Below, in pieces: positions 29,923 through 40,233 of a stretch of DNA of 64,000 nucleotides. Position numbers and translations under genes: made by a program. Below the pieces are notes generated by a model that worked only from the letters and a program-made list of their open reading frames with translations, was not told the DNA's origin and ran no database searches. Every line of letters starts with the position of its first letter. Within the stretch, counting starts at the first letter, position 1. Source of the DNA: an uncultured Actinomycetes bacterium (GTDB lineage Bacteria; Actinomycetota; Acidimicrobiia; IMCC26256; DASPTH01); NCBI GenBank assembly GCA_963782705.1, contig CAWAKX010000033.1:160196-224195 (forward strand), written 5' to 3'.

Positions 29923-30945
29923 ATGGCCACGGGGAACACCGACACCGGAGGCGGCGGGGTGCAACCCGTCGAGGTGCGGGATCTCGCGCCCGCCGAGGCC
30001 CCGGCGTTCACCGACCTGATCCGGCGCTGCTACGGCGACTCCTACGACCAGGCCTGGGTCTACGACCCTGACGAGATCGCCGGCCGCCTGCGTGACGGCA
30101 CCCTGCACTCGACCGTGGGCGTCGACGGCGCGCGGGTCGTCGCGCAACTCGCGCTCCTGCGCGGCGCGCCCACCGACGACGTGGCGGAGTCGGGCCAGGC
30201 GGTGGTGGATCCCGAGCACCGCGGCCAGCACCTCTTCACCGCGCTCAAGCGCCACGCGGCCGAGTGGGCAGCGGGCGCCGGCCTCTTCGGCCTCTACAGC
30301 GAAGCGACGGCCGCGCACCCGTTCAGCCAGAAGGCCAACGTCGCGCTCGGCGCGGTCGAGACCGGTGTGCTCGTCGGCTACATCCCCGCGAGCGTCGAGT
30401 ACACCGCGATCGACGCCAAGCCCCACCGGCAGTCAGTCGTCCTCTACTACCTCCGCACGAACGACGGCCACGACCGCCCGGTGTACGCGCCACCCGGCGA
30501 TCGCGACGTCGTCGCCGCGATCCTGGCGACCGCCGGACTCCGCGGCGTGCTCGCCGACGCGCCACCGCGCACGTCGTTGCCCGCGCGCTCCGACATGCAC
30601 CACGAGCGGCGGGATGACCACAACCACCTGACCATCACCGCGCGCGTCGTGGGCGATGACCTGTCCACCGCGGTGCTCGCGGCGCGCGAGTTCGCGCACG
30701 AGGAGGGCATCGACTGTGTCTACGTCGACCTGCCGCTCGCCGATCCCGGGACGGAGCTGGTGGGCAACTGTGCGCGCGAGTTGGGGTTCGCCTTCGGCGG
30801 CGTGTTCCCCAACAAGCTGCACGACTGCGACGTGCTGCGCTATCAGTACCTCGCCGGCGTGGAGCGCGACGTGCGCGACATCGCGCTCGCCTCCGAGCAC
30901 GGCAAGGATCTGCTCGCCTACGTGCTCGGCGTCGACCGCGCCTGA
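29923..30945 (+). CDS. GNAT family N-acetyltransferase (two-lobed, about 340 aa)
   Basis: RBS GGGAGGTGACGGA. The protein has ...VEVRDLAPAEAPAFTDLIRRCYGDSY...QAVVDPEHRGQHLFTALKRHAAEWAAGAG... and a second acyl-CoA-binding-like half. Confidence 0.7.
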   Translation: MATGNTDTGGGGVQPVEVRDLAPAEAPAFTDLIRRCYGDSYDQAWVYDPDEIAGRLRDGTLHSTVGVDGARVVAQLALLRGAPTDDVAESGQAVVDPEHRGQHLFTALKRHAAEWAAGAGLFGLYSEATAAHPFSQKANVALGAVETGVLVGYIPASVEYTAIDAKPHRQSVVLYYLRTNDGHDRPVYAPPGDRDVVAAILATAGLRGVLADAPPRTSLPARSDMHHERRDDHNHLTITARVVGDDLSTAVLAAREFAHEEGIDCVYVDLPLADPGTELVGNCARELGFAFGGVFPNKLHDCDVLRYQYLAGVERDVRDIALASEHGKDLLAYVLGVDRA

Positions 30946-30958
30946 CGACGCCGCACGT

Positions 30959-33043
30959 CTACCGCTCGGGGGGCACCTCGGGGAGTCCGGTCGCGTCGGC
31001 GTCGGCGACCTCGGCGCCGACGAGCTCGGCGGCCGCAGTGGGCTCGGCCGGGTCGGCTGCGCCCTTGCCGTTCGCGCCCTCGCCGCGGCGGTCACTGCTG
31101 CCGTTCGTGAGCGTGCGCATGAACGTGGCCGCCAGCCCTTCCAGCGCGCCACCTCCACCGGTGACGAGCACCTCGGGCACCACGGTGATGTGGCCGTCGG
31201 CCACCGCGTTGGCGACCGCCACCACCGCGGTCGCGGGCCCGCCCAGCGCTTCCTTCTGCGCCTCGAAGCCCGTGGCCCGCGCGAGACCGAGCGCCTCGGT
31301 GGCCTTGGCCTCGGCGAGACCGATCGCCTGGGTGCGCGCCGCCTCGGCCTCGCCGGTGAGCTGGACGTAGGCGGCCTCGCCCCTGGCCTCCGCCTCGCGG
31401 GCCTCGGCCTCGTTGGTCTTGATCTGCACACCCACCTGCGCGCTCGCGAGCTGGGCCTGCATGTTCGCGGTGCCCTTGGCCTTCTCCATCTCGACGCGCG
31501 ACGTCTCCGCGCGCTGCTGCTCCTCGAACGTCGCCTTCTCCTGGTTGGCGATCTCGCGCTCGGTGAGCACGCGCACGAGCTCGGCGGGGAACACGACGTC
31601 CTGGATGTAGACGCCCTTCGTCTCCACCTGGTACTGCTGCAGATAGCCGGTGATCGCCTCGAACGCCGCGTTCTGCACCTCCTGGCGGGTCTCGATGAAG
31701 CGCACCGCCTCGAGCGCCTGCAGCGTGTTGCGGAAGTGGTTGCCCACCGCGCTCTGCAGCACCTCGCTCACGAGGTTGCGCATCGTGCCGACCATCGAGA
31801 TCACCTTCGGCGCACGCGTGTCGGGCACGTGGATCTGCACCTGCAGGTCGATCTGGAACACGAAGCCTTCACGGCTCTTGCCGACGATCGACGACAGGTG
31901 TGCGTCGAGGTCGTGCGCCTCGGAGCTCGCCTCGGCCCAGTTGAGGGTGAGGATGAACGTGGGCACGATCTCCGCGGCGTACACGCGCGGGTTGATCGCG
32001 TACTTGCCGGTGCGCAGGGGCTCCTGCCAGATGCCGCGGTGGCCGGGGCGCACGATGGAGCCGAACTTGAACTCCTCGCCCGACGTGTCGGCGGTGGGGA
32101 GGCCCACGAAGCCCTTGATCACCGCGACCTCGCCCTGGTTCACCACCAGCATCGGCACGAGGTCGACCCGCACGAGGAACGGGTTCAGCAGGTACGCGCC
32201 GTAGAGGAGCGTGTCGTGCTGGAGCCCGATCTTGCCGCCGGCGTCGAGGAAGGCCTGGAAGTCCTGGTAGTTGTTGTGCAGCGTGTTCTTGCTGCCGAGC
32301 AGCAGGTCGATGAGCTCGGCGTCGGTGGTGTTGGTGTCGCCGCCCTGGTTCGACGCCTCGATCTCCGCGACGTCGGCGAAGCCCCCGAGCCGGCTGGCGA
32401 TGTCGCCCGACGGCAGCGGCTCGCCCTCCAGCGCCGTGACCACGCCCACCATGTCGACGCCGGAGTCGGGCGCGATCACCGTGACGCGCAGCTGATCGGG
32501 TGACAGGCCGAACGACGCCGGCATGAGCACGCCGCCGCGCGACTGGTCGGCGAGATCGGGCGACATCGGGAGGCCGTACACCGAGTTCGCCGTGAGCACC
32601 ATGAATGCAACCGGGTGGATCGGCACCAGCGTCCCGGGCGGGAGCACGGGTCGCTGCACGCCCTTCTGGCCGCCGTGCTGCACGAAGCTCGCGATGTCGG
32701 AGAAGTTGGCCAGCTCGGGGCGGTACACCGCGCTCTTCGCGCCGATCGGCAGCGGCGCGCCCACCTGCGCGATCACCACCCCGATCTCCCCCGCGGGCAC
32801 CTGCACCCACGGGAACTTGGTGACCCGGAACATCGGCCAGAGCTTGAAGCGCAGCCCGGGCATCAGCAGCGTCGCCTGGTACCCGGCCTCGCCGCGGAAC
32901 GCGATCGGGTTGTCGTCCCCGAGCTTGCGGAAGGCGAATCGCTTCGCGACCAGCCCCACCTCGGCGGCGCCGATCGAGTGGAAGGAGCGCCACACGACGA
33001 ACGCGAACACCACCACGACCGCGATGACGACGATGATCTCCAT
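30959..33043 (-). CDS. flotillin family protein (SPFH/band-7)
   Basis: 694 aa with an N-terminal TM, an SPFH domain and a long Ala/Glu-rich coiled-coil (...EQQRAETSRVEMEKAKGTANMQAQLASAQVGVQIKTNEAEAREAEARGEAAYVQLTGEAEAARTQAIGLAEAKATE...). Confidence 0.9.
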   Translation of the reverse strand: MEIIVVIAVVVVFAFVVWRSFHSIGAAEVGLVAKRFAFRKLGDDNPIAFRGEAGYQATLLMPGLRFKLWPMFRVTKFPWVQVPAGEIGVVIAQVGAPLPIGAKSAVYRPELANFSDIASFVQHGGQKGVQRPVLPPGTLVPIHPVAFMVLTANSVYGLPMSPDLADQSRGGVLMPASFGLSPDQLRVTVIAPDSGVDMVGVVTALEGEPLPSGDIASRLGGFADVAEIEASNQGGDTNTTDAELIDLLLGSKNTLHNNYQDFQAFLDAGGKIGLQHDTLLYGAYLLNPFLVRVDLVPMLVVNQGEVAVIKGFVGLPTADTSGEEFKFGSIVRPGHRGIWQEPLRTGKYAINPRVYAAEIVPTFILTLNWAEASSEAHDLDAHLSSIVGKSREGFVFQIDLQVQIHVPDTRAPKVISMVGTMRNLVSEVLQSAVGNHFRNTLQALEAVRFIETRQEVQNAAFEAITGYLQQYQVETKGVYIQDVVFPAELVRVLTEREIANQEKATFEEQQRAETSRVEMEKAKGTANMQAQLASAQVGVQIKTNEAEAREAEARGEAAYVQLTGEAEAARTQAIGLAEAKATEALGLARATGFEAQKEALGGPATAVVAVANAVADGHITVVPEVLVTGGGGALEGLAATFMRTLTNGSSDRRGEGANGKGAADPAEPTAAAELVGAEVADADATGLPEVPPER

Positions 33044-33145
33044 GGTCAGACCCCCGAATTGCGAGCACGCCGCCAGGTCGGCGAACTGCGCGGAGCGTAC
33101 ATTGCCGACGGAACGGTCGCACCGGGGCGCGGGTTACGCTCGGGC

Positions 33146-33859
33146 GTGGTGTCCTCCGACTCTCCCGCACCCCATGTCGCCGCGCGGTGGCGCGACGCCG
33201 TGCTCGGCTCCGCGTCCACCGCGGCCGGCGACGCGATCGACGTGCTCCGCGAGCGGGCCGCACGCCTGGCGACGATCGGTCCGCGTTCGCGGCGGGCCCG
33301 CCGTTTCCATCGGTTCGGTGCCGGCTCCGCGATCTGCTTCCCGGTGACCGCGCTCTACGGCGAGGAGTACATCGACCTCGGCGACGACTGCATCATCGGC
33401 CCGTACACGAGCCTCTCCGCGGGCGTGATGCCCGGGCACGTGCTCGACCACACCCCGGTGGTGAGCATCGGCGACCGCGTCCTCGTCGGCAAGGGCAGCG
33501 GCATCGTGGCCCACGACCGCGTCGTCATCGGCGACGACGTGTTCACCGGTCACCACGTGTACATCACCGACGCCAACCACGGCTACGACGACCCCGACAC
33601 CCCGATCGGCCGCCAGTTCGCGCCACCCCGCCCCGTGAGCGTCGGCGCGGGATCGTGGCTCGGCCACGGCAGTGTCGTCCTCCCGGGCGCGCAGATCGGG
33701 CGTCACGTCGTGGTGGGGGCGGGTTCGGTGGTCACCGGGGTGCTGCCCGACTTCTGCGTCGCGGTCGGCAACCCGGCGCGGGTGATCCGCCGTCTCGTGC
33801 CGGGTGCAGGCTGGGTGCGGGTCGACGAGGCCGCCGGCCGTCCCGGCGCCGTCGGCTGA
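33146..33859 (+). CDS. hexapeptide-repeat acyltransferase (left-handed beta-helix)
   Basis: ...IGDDCIIGPYTSLSAGVMPGHVLDHTPVVSIGDRVLVGKGSGIVAHDRVVIGDDVFTGHHVYITDANHGYDDP...VGAGSWLGHGSVVLPGAQIGRHVVVGAGSVV... Confidence 0.7.
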   Translation: MVSSDSPAPHVAARWRDAVLGSASTAAGDAIDVLRERAARLATIGPRSRRARRFHRFGAGSAICFPVTALYGEEYIDLGDDCIIGPYTSLSAGVMPGHVLDHTPVVSIGDRVLVGKGSGIVAHDRVVIGDDVFTGHHVYITDANHGYDDPDTPIGRQFAPPRPVSVGAGSWLGHGSVVLPGAQIGRHVVVGAGSVVTGVLPDFCVAVGNPARVIRRLVPGAGWVRVDEAAGRPGAVG

Positions 33860-33865
33860 CCGCGG

Positions 33866-34468
33866 ATGGTCAACCGCGGGATCCGGCGCGCCGAGCGGCT
33901 CGAGGTGCTCACCATCGCGTGGAACGTGATGGAGGTCGTCGTGACCCTCGCGCTCGGCATCTCCGCGGGATCGCTGGCGTTGGTCGCGTTCGGGCTCGAC
34001 TCGCTCGTCGAGATCTTCGCCTCGGGTGTGGTGCTCTGGCAGTTGCGTGGTGACGGCGGCTCACGGACGCGGCGCGCGATGTTGATGGTGGCGCTGGCGT
34101 TCTTCGCGCTGGCGGCGGTGTTGACGATCGGCGCGGTGATCGCCCTCGCATCGGGCCACCGGGCCGACGACTCGGTGTGGGGAGTCGTGTACCTCGGCCT
34201 CACCGCGTGCGTGATGTTCGTGCTGTCGTGGCGGAAGTGGCGACTCGCCACACAACTCTCCAACCACCCCCTCGCCCACGAGGCGCGCATCACGTTCCTC
34301 GACGGCTGCCTCGCGACCGGCGTGCTCGTCGCGCTGGTCGCCACCATTGCGTTCGGTTGGTGGTGGGCCGATCCCCTCGCCGCGATCCTGGTCGCGGTGG
34401 CGTGCATCCCCGAAGGTCTCGACGCCTGGTCGGACGCGCGGTTCGGGGTGCCCGGCGAACCGGCGTAG
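33866..34468 (+). CDS. membrane protein resembling the TM domain of cation-efflux (CDF) proteins
   Basis: RAERLEVLTIAWNVMEVVVTLALGISAGSLALVAFGLDSLVEIFASGVVLWQL... 200 aa with 5-6 TM helices. Confidence 0.55.
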   Translation: MVNRGIRRAERLEVLTIAWNVMEVVVTLALGISAGSLALVAFGLDSLVEIFASGVVLWQLRGDGGSRTRRAMLMVALAFFALAAVLTIGAVIALASGHRADDSVWGVVYLGLTACVMFVLSWRKWRLATQLSNHPLAHEARITFLDGCLATGVLVALVATIAFGWWWADPLAAILVAVACIPEGLDAWSDARFGVPGEPA

Positions 34469-34477
34469 ATTGCCCGC

Positions 34478-35157
34478 ATGGGACACCGACCTCGTTTCCG
34501 TGCTGCCGCCGTCGCCGTGCTCGCCGCGACCACACTCCTCGTCGCCGCGTCCGCCGCCGGCGCCGCGTCGAAGGGCAACGACCTGAAGACCGCCCGCACC
34601 GGAGTGCTGGTGAGCAGCGACTTCCCGGCCGGCTGGACCGGATCGCGCCCCCCGGCCACCTCCGACGCCGACGTGATCAAGGCGGCGAAGAAGATCCCGA
34701 GCTGCAGCGACTTCGTGAAGTTGCGCACGATGACCGCGCCGCTGCCCGAGGCGCGGTCGCTGGCCTTCGACGACGGCGCGGGTATCACCGCGTCGAACCT
34801 GGTCAACGTGCTCTCCAGCACGGCGAAGACCAAGCAGCGGCGATGAAGCTGTGGTCGAGCTCCAAGATGCCGGCGTGCCTCGAGAAGTTCACGCAGCAGG
34901 CCGTGGGCACCTCGGCCACCGTCACCGTCGACATCGCCGACATGTCGTCGCTCAGCCCTGACGCGGTCGGCTACACCGCGAAGGTCACCGATTCCGGCGG
35001 CGCGACCCAGGAGATCCTCCTGAGCTTCGCGGTGCCGGTCGGTCGCTACATCTCGGTGTACACGGTCGACGTGTCGAGCGCCGACGCGGTGCTCGACCCG
35101 GTCGACGCCGCGGTCGAGTCGTCGCTCGCCCGCCTCGACGCCGCCGTCAACTCCTGA
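34478..35157 (+). CDS. secreted hypothetical protein, one frameshift near 34840
   Basis: The signal peptide is MGHRPRFRAAAVAVLAATTLLVAASAAGAAS, and ...KLWSSSKMPACLEKFTQQAVGTSATVTVDIADMSSLSPDAVGYTAKVTDSGGATQEILLSFAVPVGRY... follows in the +1 frame. Confidence 0.5.
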
Positions 35158-35159
35158 CC

Positions 35160-35949
35160 GGCCCCCACACCCACCCTTCGCGGGTGGCGATCGCGGGCAC
35201 AGGCGGCGCGGGAGCGCCGAGACGCGGCCAGGTCGTCGGCGTGCGCGGCCATCACCAGCGCGGTGAACCCGGCGTCGAAGGCGTCCTCGCTCGCGGCCAT
35301 GAGGTCGCGCATCCTGCCCTGCACGTGCGGGAGGTGTGCCTCGAGGTGGTCGACGCGCGCCAGCGGGTCGGACTTCACGACCGGACCGGTGCACAGACGG
35401 GGCCAGACCTCCACCACCACGCGGCGGGGCGCGGCGCGCGTCGAGGGGTCGTCGAAGGGCCAGATCGCGTAACCGGCGTCGCGCAGCGTGAGCAGGTGGG
35501 GCCAGCCCCGCACCGAACCGGTGCCGACCGCCCCCGCCCCGCCGATCTGGAACGTCGATTTCGGCACGATGCCGCCGACGGCGAGGGCCCGCTCGGTGGC
35601 GCGCAACGGCTCGCCGCCGTGGACGTTCTTGCGGCCGGGCCGCCCCCAGAACGGTGGGGGACAGTCACGCAACCACGTCTCGCCCTCGTGGCGGGCCAAC
35701 GCCCACAGCGCGGGACCGTCGGCCAGGCCGCGTTCGTCGAGGAACCACGCCGGCAGCGAGAACGAGAAGTCGAGCCCCACGGTGACGGGTTCGTCGTCGC
35801 CCGCGACCGCCGCGAGATGCTCGACGAGCTGCTCGCGCGTGCGTCCGCACTCCAGCCGCACCAGTGCGCCGTCGCGCGCTTCTGCGAGCCAGAGGTGGCG
35901 GGCCGCGCCGGTGATCCGCCCCGACCAGTCGACCGCGATCACGCGCACG
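35160..35949 (-). CDS. DUF429 family protein
   Basis: VRVIAVDWSGRITGAARHLWLAEARDGALVRLECGRTREQLVEHLAAVAGDDEPVTVGLDFSFSLPAWFLDERGL... The C-terminal end is uncertain and may be frameshifted. Confidence 0.5.
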
Positions 35950-35970
35950 GACGCGCCCCGGCGGCGTGGT

Positions 35971-36686
35971 TCAGGCGGTGAGCCACACGAGCGCTTCGCA
36001 ACCCTCGGGGCCCGCGGTGAGCGTGAGCGCGCCGGCAGCGGTGGCGCGCACGGCGTCGCCGGCGGCGAGTGCGAGCGGCGCCGCATCGCCATGGAGCGTC
36101 GCGCTGCCCACCGCGGCGAAGACGTGCGCGTGCGCCGCGCCGGGGACCTCGACGCGCTCGTCCTCGCGCGAGGCGACCCACGAGGAGCGTGGCATCGCGT
36201 TGGTGGATCGTGACCGCGCCGTCGTGGTCCTGGCCCGACGCCACCACGACGAGACCGCCCGTGTCGAGACGCGCGGTGAGGTCCTGCTGTTCGTACCCCG
36301 GCGGCAGCCCGCGGGTGTCGGGGAACACCCACATCTGGACGAGGTGCACGTCGGCGGTCGCGCTGGCGTTCATCTCGGAGTGGCGGATCCCGGTGCCCGC
36401 GCTCATCCGTTGCGCGAGGCCGGGGTAGATGATCCCCTCGTTGCCTTCGCTGTCGCGGTGCTCGAGCTCGCCGCGCAGCACCCAGGTGACGATCTCCATG
36501 TCGGAGTGGGGATGGGTGCCGAACCCGCCGCCGCCGCGCACGACGTCGTCGTTGTTGACGAGCAGCAACCCGTGATGGGTGTTCTCGGGGTCGCGCCAGG
36601 GCCCGAAGCTGAAGCTGTGCCACGAGTCGAGCCAGTCGAGCTCGGTGTGGAATCGGGACGGCGCGGGGCGGAGGTCGAGGGCCATC
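35971..36686 (-). CDS. pirin family protein, one frameshift near 36190
   Basis: MALDLRPAPSRFHTELDWLDSWHSFSFGPWRDPENTHHGLLLVNNDDVVRGGGGFGTHPHSDMEIVTWVLRGELEHRDSEGN... Confidence 0.75.
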
Positions 36687-36755
36687 CCGCGAGCGTACGA
36701 CCCCGATCGCGGTGCGCGTCCGCCGCCGGCGCGTGCTCTCCCTAGAATCCGCCCG

Positions 36756-38057
36756 ATGTCACCGACTCTGCCGGACCCCGCTCGTCGCGTTGCTCGTCGC
36801 CACACTGATCGCCGCCGCGGCCGCCACCGCCGGGGCGCAGACCACGACCACGACGACCACCCGCCCCACCAGCTCGGGCAACGCGCGGCGACGCCAAGGC
36901 CGCGACGACCACCACCAAGCGCCGGGAGCACGGCGGTCCGGGGCGTCACGCCCACCACCATCACCGTGGCCGGCCTCGGCACCACCGGCCTCTACGGCGA
37001 CGCGCAGGTGGGAGCGAAGGCGCGCTTCGAACGTGCCAACGCCGAGGGCGGCGTGAACGGGCGCACCATCACGTTCCGGGGCCTCACCGACGACGGCGGC
37101 ACCGCCGAGAGCAACAAGGCCGCGGCCGCGAAGCTCGTCGACGGCGTGCTTCGCGGTCGTCCCCGCGGTGGCGGCCGACATGGGCTCGGCCGACGACCTC
37201 GCGCTCGGGCAGGTGCCCTACTTCGGGTGGGCGCTCTCGTCCGACTTCTGCGGCAACGGGTTCGGCTTCGGCTTCTCGGGGTGCATCGCGGCGAGCGGGC
37301 TCACCACCGACATCTGGGGCCGCCTGGTGAAGCAGACGTTCGCGGCGCCCAACCCGCTCGGGCAACACCGCGGCGGTGCTCACCGACAACTCGCCGGCCG
37401 GGCAGTACGCGTTGAAGGCCACGAGCGCGGGACTGAAGGCCGCGGGCCTGAAGGTCACCTACGGCGCAGGCGTCGTTGCCGGTCCCGCCCGGTGGCGACT
37501 ACGCGGCGATGCTCAAGGACGCCCTCGTGAGCAACGGCGGACAGGCGCCGCGCTCGATCTTCGTGGTGGGGAGCTACTCGAACATCGTCGGGATCCAGCA
37601 GGTGCTGCGCGACAGTGGCTACGCCGGGCACCTTCACCAACCAGATCCAGTACGACCCCAACCTCGTCGCGCCAGCCGTCGGGCGCGTCGATCTTCGTGC
37701 AGACCGCGCCCACCGAGGCCGCGGGCAACACCCCGGCGATGAAGCAGCTCGTCGCCGACGTGCAGAAGGTCGCCCCCACGCAACCGATCAACCAGTCGGT
37801 GATCGCCGGCTACCTCTCGGCCGATCTCTTCCTCGCCGCGGTGAAGAAGGCGGGCAAGAACCTCACGGTCGGCAAGCTGGTCGCCGCCGCCAACCAGAAG
37901 TTCACCTACCAGCTCGGCGGGAGTGGCCGGGCCCACGAAGTTCCCCGCCGCGCACGACCAGCCCACGCCGTGCGGCTCGCTCGTGCACAGCTCCGGCACC
38001 GCGTTCGACATCGCTGCCGCGTACTCGTGCGGCAAGGTCGTCAAGGTTCCGAAGTGA
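36756..38057 (+). pseudogene. ABC transporter substrate-binding protein (Peripla_BP_6/Liv-like), at least 5 frameshifts
   Basis: The signal peptide is ...LVALLVATLIAAAAATAGAQTTT. Segments follow over three frames: ...TPTTITVAGLGTTGLYGDAQVGAKARFERANAEGGVNGRTITFRGLTDDGG..., ...NSPAGQYALKATSAGLKAAGLKVTYGAG..., ...APTEAAGNTPAMKQLVADVQKVAPTQPINQSVIAGYLSADLFLAAVKKAGKNLTVGKLV... and ...CGKVVKVPK*. Confidence 0.6.
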
Positions 38058-39316
38058 CGCGGCTCCGGCGCGGCGCGCCGGTCACGGCCATGGTCGGCGG
38101 GTCTCGTCGCTGGCCGCCGCGCTCGCGATCGCTCGGCGGCGATCGTCGGCGGGCGCGCAGACGCACCACGACCGCCGCCCACGACGACGACCGGCGCCGA
38201 CCGACCGACCACCACGCTGCCGGCGGGGCCGCTCACCGCGAACACCGTGAGCGTCGGCGGCATCGTGAGCGACCTCCCGGGCTACGCGGGCGCCGACGTC
38301 GGCGCGCAGGCCCGCTTCGCCCGCGCCAACGAACGCGGCGGGTCGCGGGGCGACGGGTCGTCTACGTGGGCACCGAACGTCCGACCGACGCCGCGACGAG
38401 CGCCGCCGCGGTCGGCCCGGCTCGCGCCCGAGGTGTTCGCCGTCGTGCCCGCCGCGAGCCCGGTGCTCGACCCGAGCGCGCTCACCGCGGCGCGGTTGCC
38501 GTTCTTCGGCGCGGCCGACGACGCGTCGTGGACCGGCGTGCCGCCTGGGCTTCGGGTTCGCGGGCGCGCAGGTGCCGGCGCCGTCGCGCACCGTCAGCCC
38601 CGCGTGGGGGATCACGCTGCGCGCGCTGCTCGGCGGCTCACGTGGTCGCACCTTCGCGGTGCTCACCACCGGTGATCCCGCCGGTCTCGCGGCGGGCCGC
38701 GCGACGCGCGCGCGTCGCTGCGCGCCGCGGGCTTCACCGTGCCCGCGCCACTCGTGAGGACTGCTCCGGGCCCGACGCGGCGACGATCGCCGCCGCCGGA
38801 CCGGACGGTGTGGTGCTGCTCGTCGACGCGCCCACGGTGGCGTCCACCGCCGCCGGCCTCGCCGCCGCGGGGTACACCGGCACCGTCGCCACCGGTCCTG
38901 CGTTCTACCGACCCGATGTGCCGGCGGTCGGGCGGGGGATCACCGTGTTGCTCCCGTACGCGCCGCCGGAGCAGGCGACCGCCGCGAACCGGCGGTTGCT
39001 CGCCGACGTCGAGCGCTTCGCGCCCGGCACCGTCGTGACCCCCGGCGTGATCGCGGGCTACTGGGCGGCCGACGAGTTCCTCGCGCTGCTCGCCGCGGCC
39101 GGCCGCGGTGCGGGGGAGGCGAAGCTGCTGCGGGCTGCCCGCACGCTCGAGTACGAGGTCGCGGGCACCGTCGGGCCCACGAGGTTCCCGGGGGCGCACT
39201 CGCAGCCGGCGCCGTGCGGCGCGCTGGCCCAGGGCGACGGCACCACGTATGCTGGTGCCGGTCACGTACCGCTGCGGGGCTCCGGTACCGCCTCGCATCG
39301 ACCTGCCAAGCGCTGA
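38054..39316 (+). pseudogene. second, paralogous ABC substrate-binding protein, at least 5 frameshifts
   Basis: Segments parallel the upstream gene: ...TANTVSVGGIVSDLPGYAGADVGAQARFARANERGG..., ...APEVFAVVPAASPVLDPSALTAARLPFFGAADDASWTGVP..., ...GPDGVVLLVDAPTVASTAAGLAAAGYTGTVATGPAFYRPDVPAVGRGITVLLPYAPPEQATAANRRLLADVERFAPGTVVTPGVIAGYWAADEFLALLAAAGRGAGEAKLLRAARTLEYEVAGTVGPTRFPGAHSQPAPCGALAQGDGTTY... Confidence 0.5.
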
Positions 39317-39646
39317 ATCCCGGCACGACCTGTCACTGATCGCGGTATTCGCGGCGTTTCCGGGGCCGTGGGCGGGCGACGCCCCGGTTCGTGCCGCGCG
39401 GCCTGCCCTCGATGGGGTAGTGCCATCACTCCCTCGGGCGCCGGAACCGGCTACCCTGTCGACACGGCCTCCGGGCTGTGTGAGGATGTGTCGACTGCAC
39501 TCCGTGGCGGACGGGCAGCGCGATCTGCAAAGATGGCGTGTCCGGGCGAGGCGCCACCGCGGAGAGTGGCGATCGTGGCAAGAGTTCGAGTGGCCGAGAG
39601 TGGCGAAGACCGGGCGACAGTTCCGGTGGCAGAGGGAGGCACGATC

Positions 39647-40207
39647 GTGCGGAAGTCCGTACGCAGGTTGCTGGGCGTGGCCCTGATCGGGTTGGTGAGC
39701 GCGTTCGTGCTCGCGCCGACCCTGGCCGGCGCGCAGACCGTTCCCGGTGAGGGTCCGGCACCGGAGCCTCCCGGCGACTGCACCTACGTCGCGCCCGCGA
39801 CGGTCGCCGCGCTCGGCGACACGATCACCATCACGGGCAACGCGCCCGCGGGCGTGACCGTGCAGCTGTTCGTGAACGGCGGCGCCAACCCGGCGCAGCA
39901 GGTCGTCCTGCCGAACAGCCCGGCGTTCCCGGCGTTCAGCTTCAACCTGCAGATCACCGCCGACCCGACGTCGTTCGCGGTGAGCTACCTCTACGGCAAC
40001 AAGAACGCCTACACGGCGACCTGCTCCGCAGGTGGCGTCGAGGGTGCGGTCGTCAGCCGGGTCACCGTCGCGAACAACACCGCGAGCCGCCTGGCGTTCA
40101 CCGGTTCGTCCGACACGCCCACCTACGTGATCGTGGGCGCGGCGGCCGTGATCCTCGGTCTCGTGTTCGTGGTCGGCGCCCGTCGCCGGGCCCGCACCGA
40201 CGCCTGA
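39647..40207 (+). CDS. sortase-E-type (LAxTG) cell-wall-anchored surface protein
   Basis: RBS AGAGGGAGG with a GTG start. The signal peptide is VRKSVRRLLGVALIGLVSAFVLAPTLAGAQT. The C-terminal sorting signal is LAFTG followed by the hydrophobic stretch YVIVGAAAVILGLVFVVGA and the RRRARTDA tail. Confidence 0.8.
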   Translation: MRKSVRRLLGVALIGLVSAFVLAPTLAGAQTVPGEGPAPEPPGDCTYVAPATVAALGDTITITGNAPAGVTVQLFVNGGANPAQQVVLPNSPAFPAFSFNLQITADPTSFAVSYLYGNKNAYTATCSAGGVEGAVVSRVTVANNTASRLAFTGSSDTPTYVIVGAAAVILGLVFVVGARRRARTDA

Positions 40208-40233
40208 TCCCGCTCCGGCAACCAACGTTTCGT

